Part shown: one piece after another, positions 1-9,067 of the stretch
How the letters are laid out: each line of letters begins with the position of its first letter
Position numbering within the stretch: the first letter of the stretch is position 1
DNA from: Thermoplasmata archaeon
GTDB lineage: Archaea; Thermoplasmatota; Poseidoniia; Poseidoniales; Thalassarchaeaceae
Reading direction: 5' to 3'
Length of the DNA: 64,000 nt
Assembly (NCBI GenBank): GCA_002727675.1
Contig: PBXQ01000073.1
Span: forward strand, 31,272-95,271
The notes under the pieces: model-generated
Seen by the model: only the letters and a program-made list of their open reading frames with translations
Databases searched by the model: none
Told to the model about the DNA's origin: nothing
Position numbers and translations under genes: made by a program

Positions 1-3000
1 ACATTTGCAGCAGGTTGGGTTGCAGTGTCATTTAGAGACAAACCTTGGCTCTTGGTTCTAGTTAGTGGCGGTGCAATTGCTGGTGTAATTTTAGGTGCAT
101 TGTATGCTTTACAATATTTGGAAATTTACAATGGATGGGATGTACTAACCACTGGTGGTTATTATTTCTCAAAGAACAAGGTTTTCGGAACAATTGCTGA
201 AGCACAGGCTCCTAGCCGAGCTATGCTATTTGCCTCATTTGGTCCAATAGTTGCATTAGCTGCCCTTTTTGCAGGGGTTATAGCATTCTGGCAAGGGATT
301 AGAAATCGTAATGGTAGTCGTTTAGTTTTGGCAGTCTGGATTCTTGTTGCTGTTCTTATGGCTTGGAGAGCTGGAAGGTTCGTCTTCAATGCTACTCCAC
401 CCGTTGCGGTTATGGGTGCTTGGGCATTTGTGATCTTTTGGCAGAAAGTTGGAGGTACAGAATTTGGTAAAACATGGCGTAGAATGGGTATTGGTTCACC
501 TAAAGCAAGATTTTCTTCAACAACCAAGACTGCTAGAAAATACCCTGGCGTTGTAGCAGTTTTGATGATATTTATGTTAGTTGGCGCACAACATGCAACA
601 TATGGGATAGATTCAGGTATTCCTTCTGGTAATTCAAAAGCAAAGGACATAGATTCTAGTATTTACAATATTACACCTAGTATATTGAGGGCTGAAGATC
701 CACTCTTTGGCTGGTCTATTCTTGACTCAACTCCTTACAATCCACCAAGTAGTTGTAGAGGTTTGACTAAAGAATCTAGTTGTTGGTACATGGGTGCATT
801 TGGACCAGGGTTCAATAGTTTGTATTGGAATGAAGGTTATCAATGGCTTGAGGAACAAGATAAAGATGTCCCATTTGGTCAAAGACCAGCGTTCGTTTCA
901 TGGTGGGATTATGGATTCCAAGCTTTAGCCCAGGGGCAACACCCAACTGTAGCCGATAACTTCCAGTCGGGAATTCCCGCGGCAGGAAATATGTTATTGG
1001 CTCAAAATGATCAAGATTTACTTTCTTTGTACACTATGACAATTGCTGAAGGTGATTTGAGATACAACGACGGGCAATTTACTAATGATTTCAAACAGAT
1101 TTTGAGGCAACAATTTACTAATGCTCAGATAGATGAATTCCATTTGTTAAATACTCTTGGCGGGGATGAAGGTGTAAATGAATTACAGGCACGTTCTTTC
1201 AAAGTAACTCGTAATGCCGGTGATGTTTCTTTAGCAGAAGGGTATTTATTGGATTCGAATGGGATGCCAACTTCTAGTATTGTTTACAGAGTTTATCAAA
1301 GTAATGAACAAATTGGTATTGATTATAATTCAGAATTTGATGCAATCATGATGTTTAATCAAACCAAAGATAGGAATGATGATGTAAATACAGGTTCTGA
1401 TGGTTTCACACATCAAATAATTGGAAATTATTGGTACACTAAGGATATTGTAGAAAGTTTTGATGATGTTTCAACATCAATTCATAGACAAAATGCTCGT
1501 TTAGCATTAGGTCGTGCTTTCTTAACAACTGCTTTAGATATGGATGAATTAGTTGAATTATATCATGGGATTACTCATGATATTACATACACTGTGGCAA
1601 ACTCAGAAGGTAATCCAGGTGACCTGATTAACAGAAATCACGATATTCGCTATTTTGCAGTTGATAACAGATTATATCCAACAGGTGGTTCATACCAACA
1701 AAGCGGAGGAAATCCTACCGGAATTTTCTATGCACCTACAACATTATCTGGTCTAGATCCTGAAACATACATGAAAACTTGGTATGTTACTCAAAGAGGT
1801 TCTTCTAGTTATTATATTGATATGACACAAGAGGAATATGAGGAACAATTGGAAGCAGACTATTTAGCAAGTGAATCTCAAAGTACTGAAGAAATTATAC
1901 AAGCGGTTGATATTAGAATTGATCAAGAACCTGAATTCTTTGACACAATGGTCTCCCGAGCTTATGTTGGATATGGTAGTTCTCATCTTGGGTTGCCAGG
2001 TGACCCTTCGCAACCAGGTCAGCATTTTGATTTACGAGGGACAGTAAATTCGAGTTTACAGTATGCATTCCCTCTGCCTGGTGCTATGATGCCTAATTTC
2101 GTAATTGCAAATTGGTACAACCCCGATGCAACTAATGAAACTCCATGGTATGATGCAAATACAGGAGTTAAGATTCTGAAATATTATAGTGGTGCTACAT
2201 TAACTGGTGAAGTTACTCTTGGTAACTTTACTACTGTGCCAAAGGCTAGATTATTAATTGAAAGGGATGCTTACAGTGGTGAGGATATGTTTGATGAAGA
2301 TCCAAGAGAATATTGGATACCAATTGGTACTACTGATGCAGATGAAAATGGTCATTTTAGTTTCCGAGTTCCTGCAGGTCATATCCGTGTTACTGCATTT
2401 TCTGGCTTTGCAGAAGATCCAGAAGTTTTGCGAAATCAAGACCGTGATGCTATAGTTGCGGCACAACAAGATTTCCAGGAATGGCAGGAGTGGTTTGGAG
2501 ACATTTTGGGACAGTCAGATGGTGCTAGAGAAGTAAATCCAGTTACCAGTATCCTTGCAAACGTGAGTGGTGGTAAATTGCTAGGTGAAATACAATTCAC
2601 TGTTACAGGAGAAGAGGCCGACACAGATGGCGGAGCAGTCATTTCAAAATCAATTAATATTGAATCATCATCTGCAACAGGTGTTGTGTCTTGGGAAGGG
2701 CACTCATCATTTGATGGTCAAGCATTGAGTTCTCATGAATTGATTTTTACTGATATTTGGACAGAAGAAGAGTTGCCTCATATCTGGACTACTAATGGTA
2801 CTGTTGTTAGTGATGCTGAGCATCCCAGAGTATTCATTGGAGACGGCGAGGTTACTTTCTCAGGTGCAGGAACAATGGTTAGTAATGGTGAGGTATTAGT
2901 TTCAGACTTTACTGGTAACTATACTAGGACAATTGCAGATAACCATTCATTTACTGGTGAAGGTTTGTATTCTGGAATTGGAGAATTTGTAGGTACAATT

Positions 3001-6000
3001 ACTAGCAATGAGGCAATATCAACTTGTGTTAACAATTCAGTTCCCGAAGAGGAAGAAATTTGTACGATTCCAAACTCAAATCCTACGGCCTATCTTTTCT
3101 CAGGTTCATTTAATGGGGTAGGAAAAGTAACTGCTAATGGAACTGTCGAATATACTGCCACATTGTACCGTGAAACATTAGTAGGTAATGGAATATTTAT
3201 TGTTGACCAATCTGATGATTCATTAGATAGTTATGGGACAATAAATGGTTCAGGCACATTTAGTGGGGTGGGGACATTCTCGGGTGACATGGTTCAACCA
3301 GGTAGTTTCCATCTTGTTGATGCTCTCCCCGGTTCATATCGTGTATACATAGTATTACCAAATGGAAACATTACTCGTTTGAGCACACCTCTTGAAGTTG
3401 ATAGTTCACCTACCAGTGATGTTCAACTCAAATTACCGGCTTCTTGGATTGAGGGTGATTTGAAATGGTTTAGTGGGGATCCAATCTCTGATATGGCATT
3501 AGAATTAACAGAATTAAGTATTGATGAACCAGCCACACAACCTTGTACTGAGGTTTTGTTTGCACCTTGTATATTGTATACTGATGAGAATGGTTCTTTC
3601 GGATACGGACCAATACCTGATGGTACATATAATTTGAAAATGGATGCTGATGGTGATGGTTTCTACGAATGTGTCCCTTGGCAAACTCCCGCATCAACAA
3701 ATTTCTGTGATGGGCGCGCTGAAATAATTGCTACAATTGATCCAATGAATTTTACATTGATTCAAACTTCTTCCCCAGTGCCTTCTCATTATGATTTGGA
3801 GTTCACTCTAAAGCAAGATTTGGGTGGTGGTACTGTTGAACCAGTTTCTGATGTTGATGTATTTTTCCATAGTAATTTGTTAACTGATGGAGAGTATATT
3901 TCAGCAATATTTGATAATGATTCTAGTACCTATAAGATTGAATTACCAGAGGGTGAATGGGTTGTAAATGCTTCAGATGATAGTGGTTTGATGTTATGGG
4001 AAGAATTTGAATTACTTGATAATATGACTGGAATGGATTGGATTCTACGTGAGAGTGTTAATGTCACTGGACAAATATTAGTTCAAACAGGTAAATCTGA
4101 ATCGCCACAGGAGGGCGTGCCTAATTTGGAAGTCAAATTCCAATGGGGTGGCATCACCACATCAGTACAAACCAGTTCTGGTATGAATGCAGGTAATTTC
4201 TCTGTTTTACTTCCAGAGGGCGTTGCAGTAAACATGACGGCGCAATCTATTGCTAGTCAAATGTCCAATGGGACAAGCTTTATTGTTTCAGAATCTAATT
4301 CTCATATTATAATGAATATTGAATCAGGATTGCAATTAAATGGTGGGTTATATTTGTATGATAATATGACTGCATATTCACCCTATGTTCCTGGGTTCAT
4401 GCCATATCAATTACATGCACACGATGACGATAGAGATGTTCATTGGTTCTTTGATGTATCAGTTGAAGATGGTAGATATTCACCTAAATTACAATATGGT
4501 AATTGGACATTGTCAATAACCGATGAACGTCTAAATGTTGATCCTGTTCAGTTATTTGTTTCTGATGAAAATATTGAATTAATGTCTCACTTTGAATTGT
4601 TTGCTAATCCAGAAAATATTACTTTAAACATTACCGCATTCTTAGACCATTCAAGAGACGGAAATTCTTCTAACGGTACCTTGGTTGATATTGATTTCTC
4701 ATTAACAGCTATTTCAGGTGGTTCTGATTTGAATGTATCATCATCTGAAATGAATAATGGAAATGTTGAGGTGTCGCTTCACCCTGGTGTTTACAGTTTT
4801 ACAGTTGAAAACCAGGATGTATCTAACGGTACAGATTTTGGTACTTCTTTAATGAATACAGAATATGTATTAGAGTTAGGTCTTGATAATACTACAACAG
4901 AATTTGCTAATTTATCACTTGAACCTCTTTGGAAACTTGATGGAAATCTAGAAAACATGTCAGGTGGAGTAATTGAAAATGGTACATTGAAATTTGAAGA
5001 GATGGATACTGGAGACGCATTTGAAATCATTACAGATGAAAACGGCACAATCTCTGATTATGTCCCAGAGGGTCAGTGGTTAGTAATCTTCGAGCGAAAA
5101 CTGGTCGGTGCTGAATATGAAGAGTTGAGATATAATTTGACAGTGGATGAAAATTCCCAACGTTCCAACGTTACTTTTAGGACTTTAGAATCAGCTGAAA
5201 TTTCACTAAATATCAATATTAGTGATTCAGGTGACCCATTATCTGGTTTGTCAGCAACTGCTACAAGTGCTAATGGGCTTGGCGAAATCACTTTGCCATT
5301 GACGAATGATCAAGGTCATGTTTTAGCACATTTGTATCCTGGTGATTGGATTGTTTCCCTCAATATTACTCACAATATGGATCGCTGGGTACTTGAAGGC
5401 CAGAGTTTGCCAACAGCCTCAGCAGGTCAGAATATTTCTGAAAATTTCACTGTTGAACACCACGTTACTTTAGGTGGAAATCTATTTTGGGATTTAGATT
5501 CTGATGATCTGTATGATTTCAATGAAGGAGTTGAAGGTGCAAACGTCACAGTATCAGGCGGAGGTCTTTCAGAGCAGGTGAATTTGACAAGTTCTGAATT
5601 AGGAACTTGGTCACTATTTGTTCCATCAAATAATAACTATACTGTTGAGGCAACACAAATTGGTTTTGGTACAGTTTCAATTTTGGCCGAGGTATCTACT
5701 ACTTCTAATTCTACAGATATTGAATTAATTGCAGGCAATGTTTCAATTAATGGAACAATTGATTACATTCAAATGCAATTATGGGACGATTTCTCAGATG
5801 ATGTTGTTCTTACACTAATGCCTAAATCAGGAATTGAAAGAGATTCTCGCACCCCCACGAAGGTAATGGCGCTTGATGGTACATGGGATGGAGAGTGGGT
5901 GGCTGATGTTGAGCCGGGATCATGGGTTTTGTATGCATCAGTAGTTAGTGAAGGAATAGTTGGTATAGTTTCAGTGGAAGCAGATGTACATAATGGTACC

Positions 6001-7572
6001 ACGGTCAATATGACTATGGTTAAGGGCGGTACAATGAACATCGCTACAGAATGGGTTGATTTCACCGGAACACCTCATGATTTATCCGAAATCTCAGTCC
6101 CAGGGGCAGAAATAATTGGGAGTACTGAAATTATTGTGTCTCATGAAACAATGTCATGGAATGCAACTGTAGATTCAAATGGCGACCTCAGTATATTATT
6201 GCCTGCTGGTGATGTCAACTTTGAAGGACAATTTGAAACTACTGAACTAGGCATGGTTATGGATTATCGTGCTGGTTTATCCAGCGCAATTGCTTCTCAA
6301 CAGGAATCACCATCTGCTACTTTGAGGTTTAACAGAATACTTGATCATTCTATTAGTTTCGTAGTTTCTTCAGTGGTTGGTGCAAATTTGTCTGAAGATT
6401 CAAATAATAATGTAATAGCCTTATACCATAATGATACAGATTACGAAGTGATTGAATTCACAATTGAACTTGAATATGAGGGTAATGAAGGATATGACGA
6501 ATATACAATTGGCACTGTATTTGATTCAATAGATGTTGATCAATGGTCAATAGAGTTCTTTAATGGAACTGATGCTAATGGTACTGAATTATGGGTTGAA
6601 GAACTCCCTGCAAATCTAGGCTTAAATTCTAATTCATCTGTTACAGTTAGGATGAGGGTTGTAATAGCTAGCATTGCTGGAGCCCAAACGATTGACGATG
6701 GGCACAAGATTAGACTTAGATCAACTCATTCTACCGGTACTTTTAGTGAGTATGTTATTACAGTAAATATTCCTCAGACATTTTCTATTGAGATTATTTC
6801 TAGTCCAGAAAATACGATAGGTGTATTCCCTGGAGAAGAAGAAAAGGTAGAATTTATTATACAAAATACTGGGAATGGCCAAGACATGCTATCTTTCAAC
6901 ATTGACAAGACATGGTTGCCCGAGGGATGGAGTGCTACAGGACCAAGCGAATCTCCATGGGTGAGTGGTGAAGAGAGAGCATATTCATTCACAGTATTTG
7001 CTCCCGAAGGGGCTAATTCTGATACATTTACCTTAGTATTGAATATTAACAGTTCAGATGGCACATCATATGATCCAATTGAGATTGACGTAAAGAGTGC
7101 CAAACCAATACTAAATTTTGTTCAAGATGCTACTGGTACTTTTGATGATGGAAATGCTATTTCAGGAGAAAGTAACAAGATGATAGTTACTGTAGAAAAT
7201 AATGGACTTGTTGATGCACAAAATATTAGAGTAAATGTTAGTATAACAGATAGTAAAGGAAATCATGCTTACATTTTGTCTGATCCTCAAGAAATATCAT
7301 CAGGTAAAACAGCAGAATATATCATGTTTATCGATTTAGATGGAATTGGAATAGGCAAGCAAGAATTCACATTTACTTTGGAAAGTGAATTTGGACTTGA
7401 TTTAGATAGTGGGTCTGATATAGAGCCATATTCAACAATTATCCAAGTTTCTACTCCCCCTATTGATTCAGTTAATGTGTGGGTTCCTCTGATAATTATT
7501 GCAGTATTTATCTTTGGATTCTTTGGATTTAGAAGAATTAAGGAGTCTTTGTCAGCGCAGATGCCTTTCTGA
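1..7572 (+). CDS. aglB: Oligosaccharyltransferase AglB/STT3 with a very long extracellular beta-rich extension and C-terminal TM anchor; 5'-partial
   Basis: Frame open from base 1 (TFAAGWVAV...), so the GTG at 25 is probably internal. TM helices, TIAEAQ (TIXE motif), RF motif, WWDYG at 901-915, TVADNFQ. About 1800 aa of beta-sandwich-like sequence follow, then a TM plus basic tail (VWVPLIIIAVFIFGFFGFRRIK). Confidence 0.9.
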   Translation, partial: TFAAGWVAVSFRDKPWLLVLVSGGAIAGVILGALYALQYLEIYNGWDVLTTGGYYFSKNKVFGTIAEAQAPSRAMLFASFGPIVALAALFAGVIAFWQGIRNRNGSRLVLAVWILVAVLMAWRAGRFVFNATPPVAVMGAWAFVIFWQKVGGTEFGKTWRRMGIGSPKARFSSTTKTARKYPGVVAVLMIFMLVGAQHATYGIDSGIPSGNSKAKDIDSSIYNITPSILRAEDPLFGWSILDSTPYNPPSSCRGLTKESSCWYMGAFGPGFNSLYWNEGYQWLEEQDKDVPFGQRPAFVSWWDYGFQALAQGQHPTVADNFQSGIPAAGNMLLAQNDQDLLSLYTMTIAEGDLRYNDGQFTNDFKQILRQQFTNAQIDEFHLLNTLGGDEGVNELQARSFKVTRNAGDVSLAEGYLLDSNGMPTSSIVYRVYQSNEQIGIDYNSEFDAIMMFNQTKDRNDDVNTGSDGFTHQIIGNYWYTKDIVESFDDVSTSIHRQNARLALGRAFLTTALDMDELVELYHGITHDITYTVANSEGNPGDLINRNHDIRYFAVDNRLYPTGGSYQQSGGNPTGIFYAPTTLSGLDPETYMKTWYVTQRGSSSYYIDMTQEEYEEQLEADYLASESQSTEEIIQAVDIRIDQEPEFFDTMVSRAYVGYGSSHLGLPGDPSQPGQHFDLRGTVNSSLQYAFPLPGAMMPNFVIANWYNPDATNETPWYDANTGVKILKYYSGATLTGEVTLGNFTTVPKARLLIERDAYSGEDMFDEDPREYWIPIGTTDADENGHFSFRVPAGHIRVTAFSGFAEDPEVLRNQDRDAIVAAQQDFQEWQEWFGDILGQSDGAREVNPVTSILANVSGGKLLGEIQFTVTGEEADTDGGAVISKSINIESSSATGVVSWEGHSSFDGQALSSHELIFTDIWTEEELPHIWTTNGTVVSDAEHPRVFIGDGEVTFSGAGTMVSNGEVLVSDFTGNYTRTIADNHSFTGEGLYSGIGEFVGTITSNEAISTCVNNSVPEEEEICTIPNSNPTAYLFSGSFNGVGKVTANGTVEYTATLYRETLVGNGIFIVDQSDDSLDSYGTINGSGTFSGVGTFSGDMVQPGSFHLVDALPGSYRVYIVLPNGNITRLSTPLEVDSSPTSDVQLKLPASWIEGDLKWFSGDPISDMALELTELSIDEPATQPCTEVLFAPCILYTDENGSFGYGPIPDGTYNLKMDADGDGFYECVPWQTPASTNFCDGRAEIIATIDPMNFTLIQTSSPVPSHYDLEFTLKQDLGGGTVEPVSDVDVFFHSNLLTDGEYISAIFDNDSSTYKIELPEGEWVVNASDDSGLMLWEEFELLDNMTGMDWILRESVNVTGQILVQTGKSESPQEGVPNLEVKFQWGGITTSVQTSSGMNAGNFSVLLPEGVAVNMTAQSIASQMSNGTSFIVSESNSHIIMNIESGLQLNGGLYLYDNMTAYSPYVPGFMPYQLHAHDDDRDVHWFFDVSVEDGRYSPKLQYGNWTLSITDERLNVDPVQLFVSDENIELMSHFELFANPENITLNITAFLDHSRDGNSSNGTLVDIDFSLTAISGGSDLNVSSSEMNNGNVEVSLHPGVYSFTVENQDVSNGTDFGTSLMNTEYVLELGLDNTTTEFANLSLEPLWKLDGNLENMSGGVIENGTLKFEEMDTGDAFEIITDENGTISDYVPEGQWLVIFERKLVGAEYEELRYNLTVDENSQRSNVTFRTLESAEISLNINISDSGDPLSGLSATATSANGLGEITLPLTNDQGHVLAHLYPGDWIVSLNITHNMDRWVLEGQSLPTASAGQNISENFTVEHHVTLGGNLFWDLDSDDLYDFNEGVEGANVTVSGGGLSEQVNLTSSELGTWSLFVPSNNNYTVEATQIGFGTVSILAEVSTTSNSTDIELIAGNVSINGTIDYIQMQLWDDFSDDVVLTLMPKSGIERDSRTPTKVMALDGTWDGEWVADVEPGSWVLYASVVSEGIVGIVSVEADVHNGTTVNMTMVKGGTMNIATEWVDFTGTPHDLSEISVPGAEIIGSTEIIVSHETMSWNATVDSNGDLSILLPAGDVNFEGQFETTELGMVMDYRAGLSSAIASQQESPSATLRFNRILDHSISFVVSSVVGANLSEDSNNNVIALYHNDTDYEVIEFTIELEYEGNEGYDEYTIGTVFDSIDVDQWSIEFFNGTDANGTELWVEELPANLGLNSNSSVTVRMRVVIASIAGAQTIDDGHKIRLRSTHSTGTFSEYVITVNIPQTFSIEIISSPENTIGVFPGEEEKVEFIIQNTGNGQDMLSFNIDKTWLPEGWSATGPSESPWVSGEERAYSFTVFAPEGANSDTFTLVLNINSSDGTSYDPIEIDVKSAKPILNFVQDATGTFDDGNAISGESNKMIVTVENNGLVDAQNIRVNVSITDSKGNHAYILSDPQEISSGKTAEYIMFIDLDGIGIGKQEFTFTLESEFGLDLDSGSDIEPYSTIIQVSTPPIDSVNVWVPLIIIAVFIFGFFGFRRIKESLSAQMPF

Positions 7573-7648
7573 TTTGATTACAAATTGCATTTAACCTTCG
7601 AGAGAAGGGTGATTTAGAGCGAGCCTCTCCGAGACCCTATAGGGTGGT

Positions 7649-8914
7649 TTGGTGATTCCGGGTCTAGAGGGTGTAGAATTGCTCCCAGAGCCTGAAGATC
7701 CGCGTATGTTGAGTACAATAGACCCGGGTGCAACAGGTTATCCTGCTGAAGCATACGGGATGGATCCAGAAATGGACCCTCAAGCTTGGAAGGGCGCTGA
7801 AGCCATTAATCCAGTTAGGCTAAGGAATAGGTTGCCTTGGGGTGGATGGATATTAGTTTGCTTCATAATTGTAGGAATAATAACATATAGTTCGTTGGTA
7901 GACTATATTGAAGAATTTTTACCTGAATCAGAATGGGCTTATGAAGAATCAGGTATTAGGGATTTGAATGAAGCAGGGTTCAGTGGCAAAGGCGTCAGAG
8001 TTTGCATTGTTGATACCGGCATAGACGTCACACACCCGGATTTGGTTAATACTAATTTAGTCGGTTTCAAAGATTTCGTCCACGATACTCAAGGAAATCC
8101 TCATGATAATGATGTTACCAAATCACATGGCACTATGATGGCTGGAATAATTGTAGCTAATGGTTCATTTATTGGGGCAGCACCTAACATTGAATTGATT
8201 GTGGCTGCTGCTCTTGGTTCTGATGGTAGTTCTGGTTCTGAAGTGTCTGTATCTGAAGCAATAGATTGGTGTTGGATAGAAATGGGTGCAGAAATAATTA
8301 GTTTAAGTTTAGGTGGTAAAACAGATTTAGTTTCCACATATGGTGGTAGTACAGAATCATCAGTTAAGGATGCATTAGATAATGGTGTTTTTGTCGTTGC
8401 GGCAGCGGGTAATCATGGTGGCGCTGGACAAGATTATCCTGACGTTACTATCCCTGCCAATGTTGATGGCGTAATTTCCGTAGGTGCAGCGCATAGAAAT
8501 AATACAGTATGGCAGTTGTCTAGTGCAGGTTCTCCTACTAATTCCTCTGGGGGGATTAGAGAATGGCCAAATCAGAAGCCAGAGGTAATTGCTCCTGGTG
8601 TTGGCATTTACTCGACTTTTGTTTCTGAAAGGACTGGGGCAACTTGGTCCATAAGTGATGGTACTAGTGACGCGACAGTATATGTCACTGCATCTTTGGC
8701 TTTGATATTAGAAAGGTATCAAGGTAATCCTGCTTTGATGCCCACTCATCAAGGGGATAGATCTCCAATTAATCTTGTTAAATCTGCTTTAGCTGAATCG
8801 TGTGAGCCAGGGACATTTCAAAATCAGGGCGAACACCATTTACGTTATGGGTATGGATCATTGAATGCCAAGGATTGGTCTGATGCGGTGGGCGTTAGAA
8901 TAAGTAATGCGTAA
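7649..8914 (+). CDS. S8 (subtilisin-like) serine peptidase with N-terminal membrane anchor
   Basis: Triad motifs IVDTG, HGTMMAG, GTSDA; oxyanion AAAGN; KPEVIAPG; YGYG near the end; one TM (WGGWILVCFIIVGIITY). Start TTG 7649 or GTG 7652. Confidence 0.92.
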   Translation: MVIPGLEGVELLPEPEDPRMLSTIDPGATGYPAEAYGMDPEMDPQAWKGAEAINPVRLRNRLPWGGWILVCFIIVGIITYSSLVDYIEEFLPESEWAYEESGIRDLNEAGFSGKGVRVCIVDTGIDVTHPDLVNTNLVGFKDFVHDTQGNPHDNDVTKSHGTMMAGIIVANGSFIGAAPNIELIVAAALGSDGSSGSEVSVSEAIDWCWIEMGAEIISLSLGGKTDLVSTYGGSTESSVKDALDNGVFVVAAAGNHGGAGQDYPDVTIPANVDGVISVGAAHRNNTVWQLSSAGSPTNSSGGIREWPNQKPEVIAPGVGIYSTFVSERTGATWSISDGTSDATVYVTASLALILERYQGNPALMPTHQGDRSPINLVKSALAESCEPGTFQNQGEHHLRYGYGSLNAKDWSDAVGVRISNA

Positions 8915-9025
8915 TATAGAATGATATTATTTTTAATATTTGATACATTGTTATTTTATGGGCTAGAAAAATATTGATATTATTGGCTATTTATGATACT
9001 TTTTCAATTGGAAAAAGGCGTTTCC

Positions 9026-9031
9026 TTATAA
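9026..9031 (+). promoter_or_regulatory. Putative TATA box
   Basis: TTATAA 36 nt upstream of ATG 9068, after an AT-rich spacer and a GGAAA-N6-TTTCC inverted repeat (9010-9025); AGGTG SD-like motif before the ATG. Confidence 0.5.
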
Positions 9032-9067
9032 CCTAAGCCGGAAGTAGATGATTTAGAAGGTGTTGAG

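Noticed and set aside
8915-9025. AT-rich stretch plus TTCAATTGGAAA as a possible replication origin or ORB
   Set aside because: One weak match, no G-string, no repeated ORBs and no cdc6/orc1 in the window; an ordinary terminator and promoter spacer explains it.
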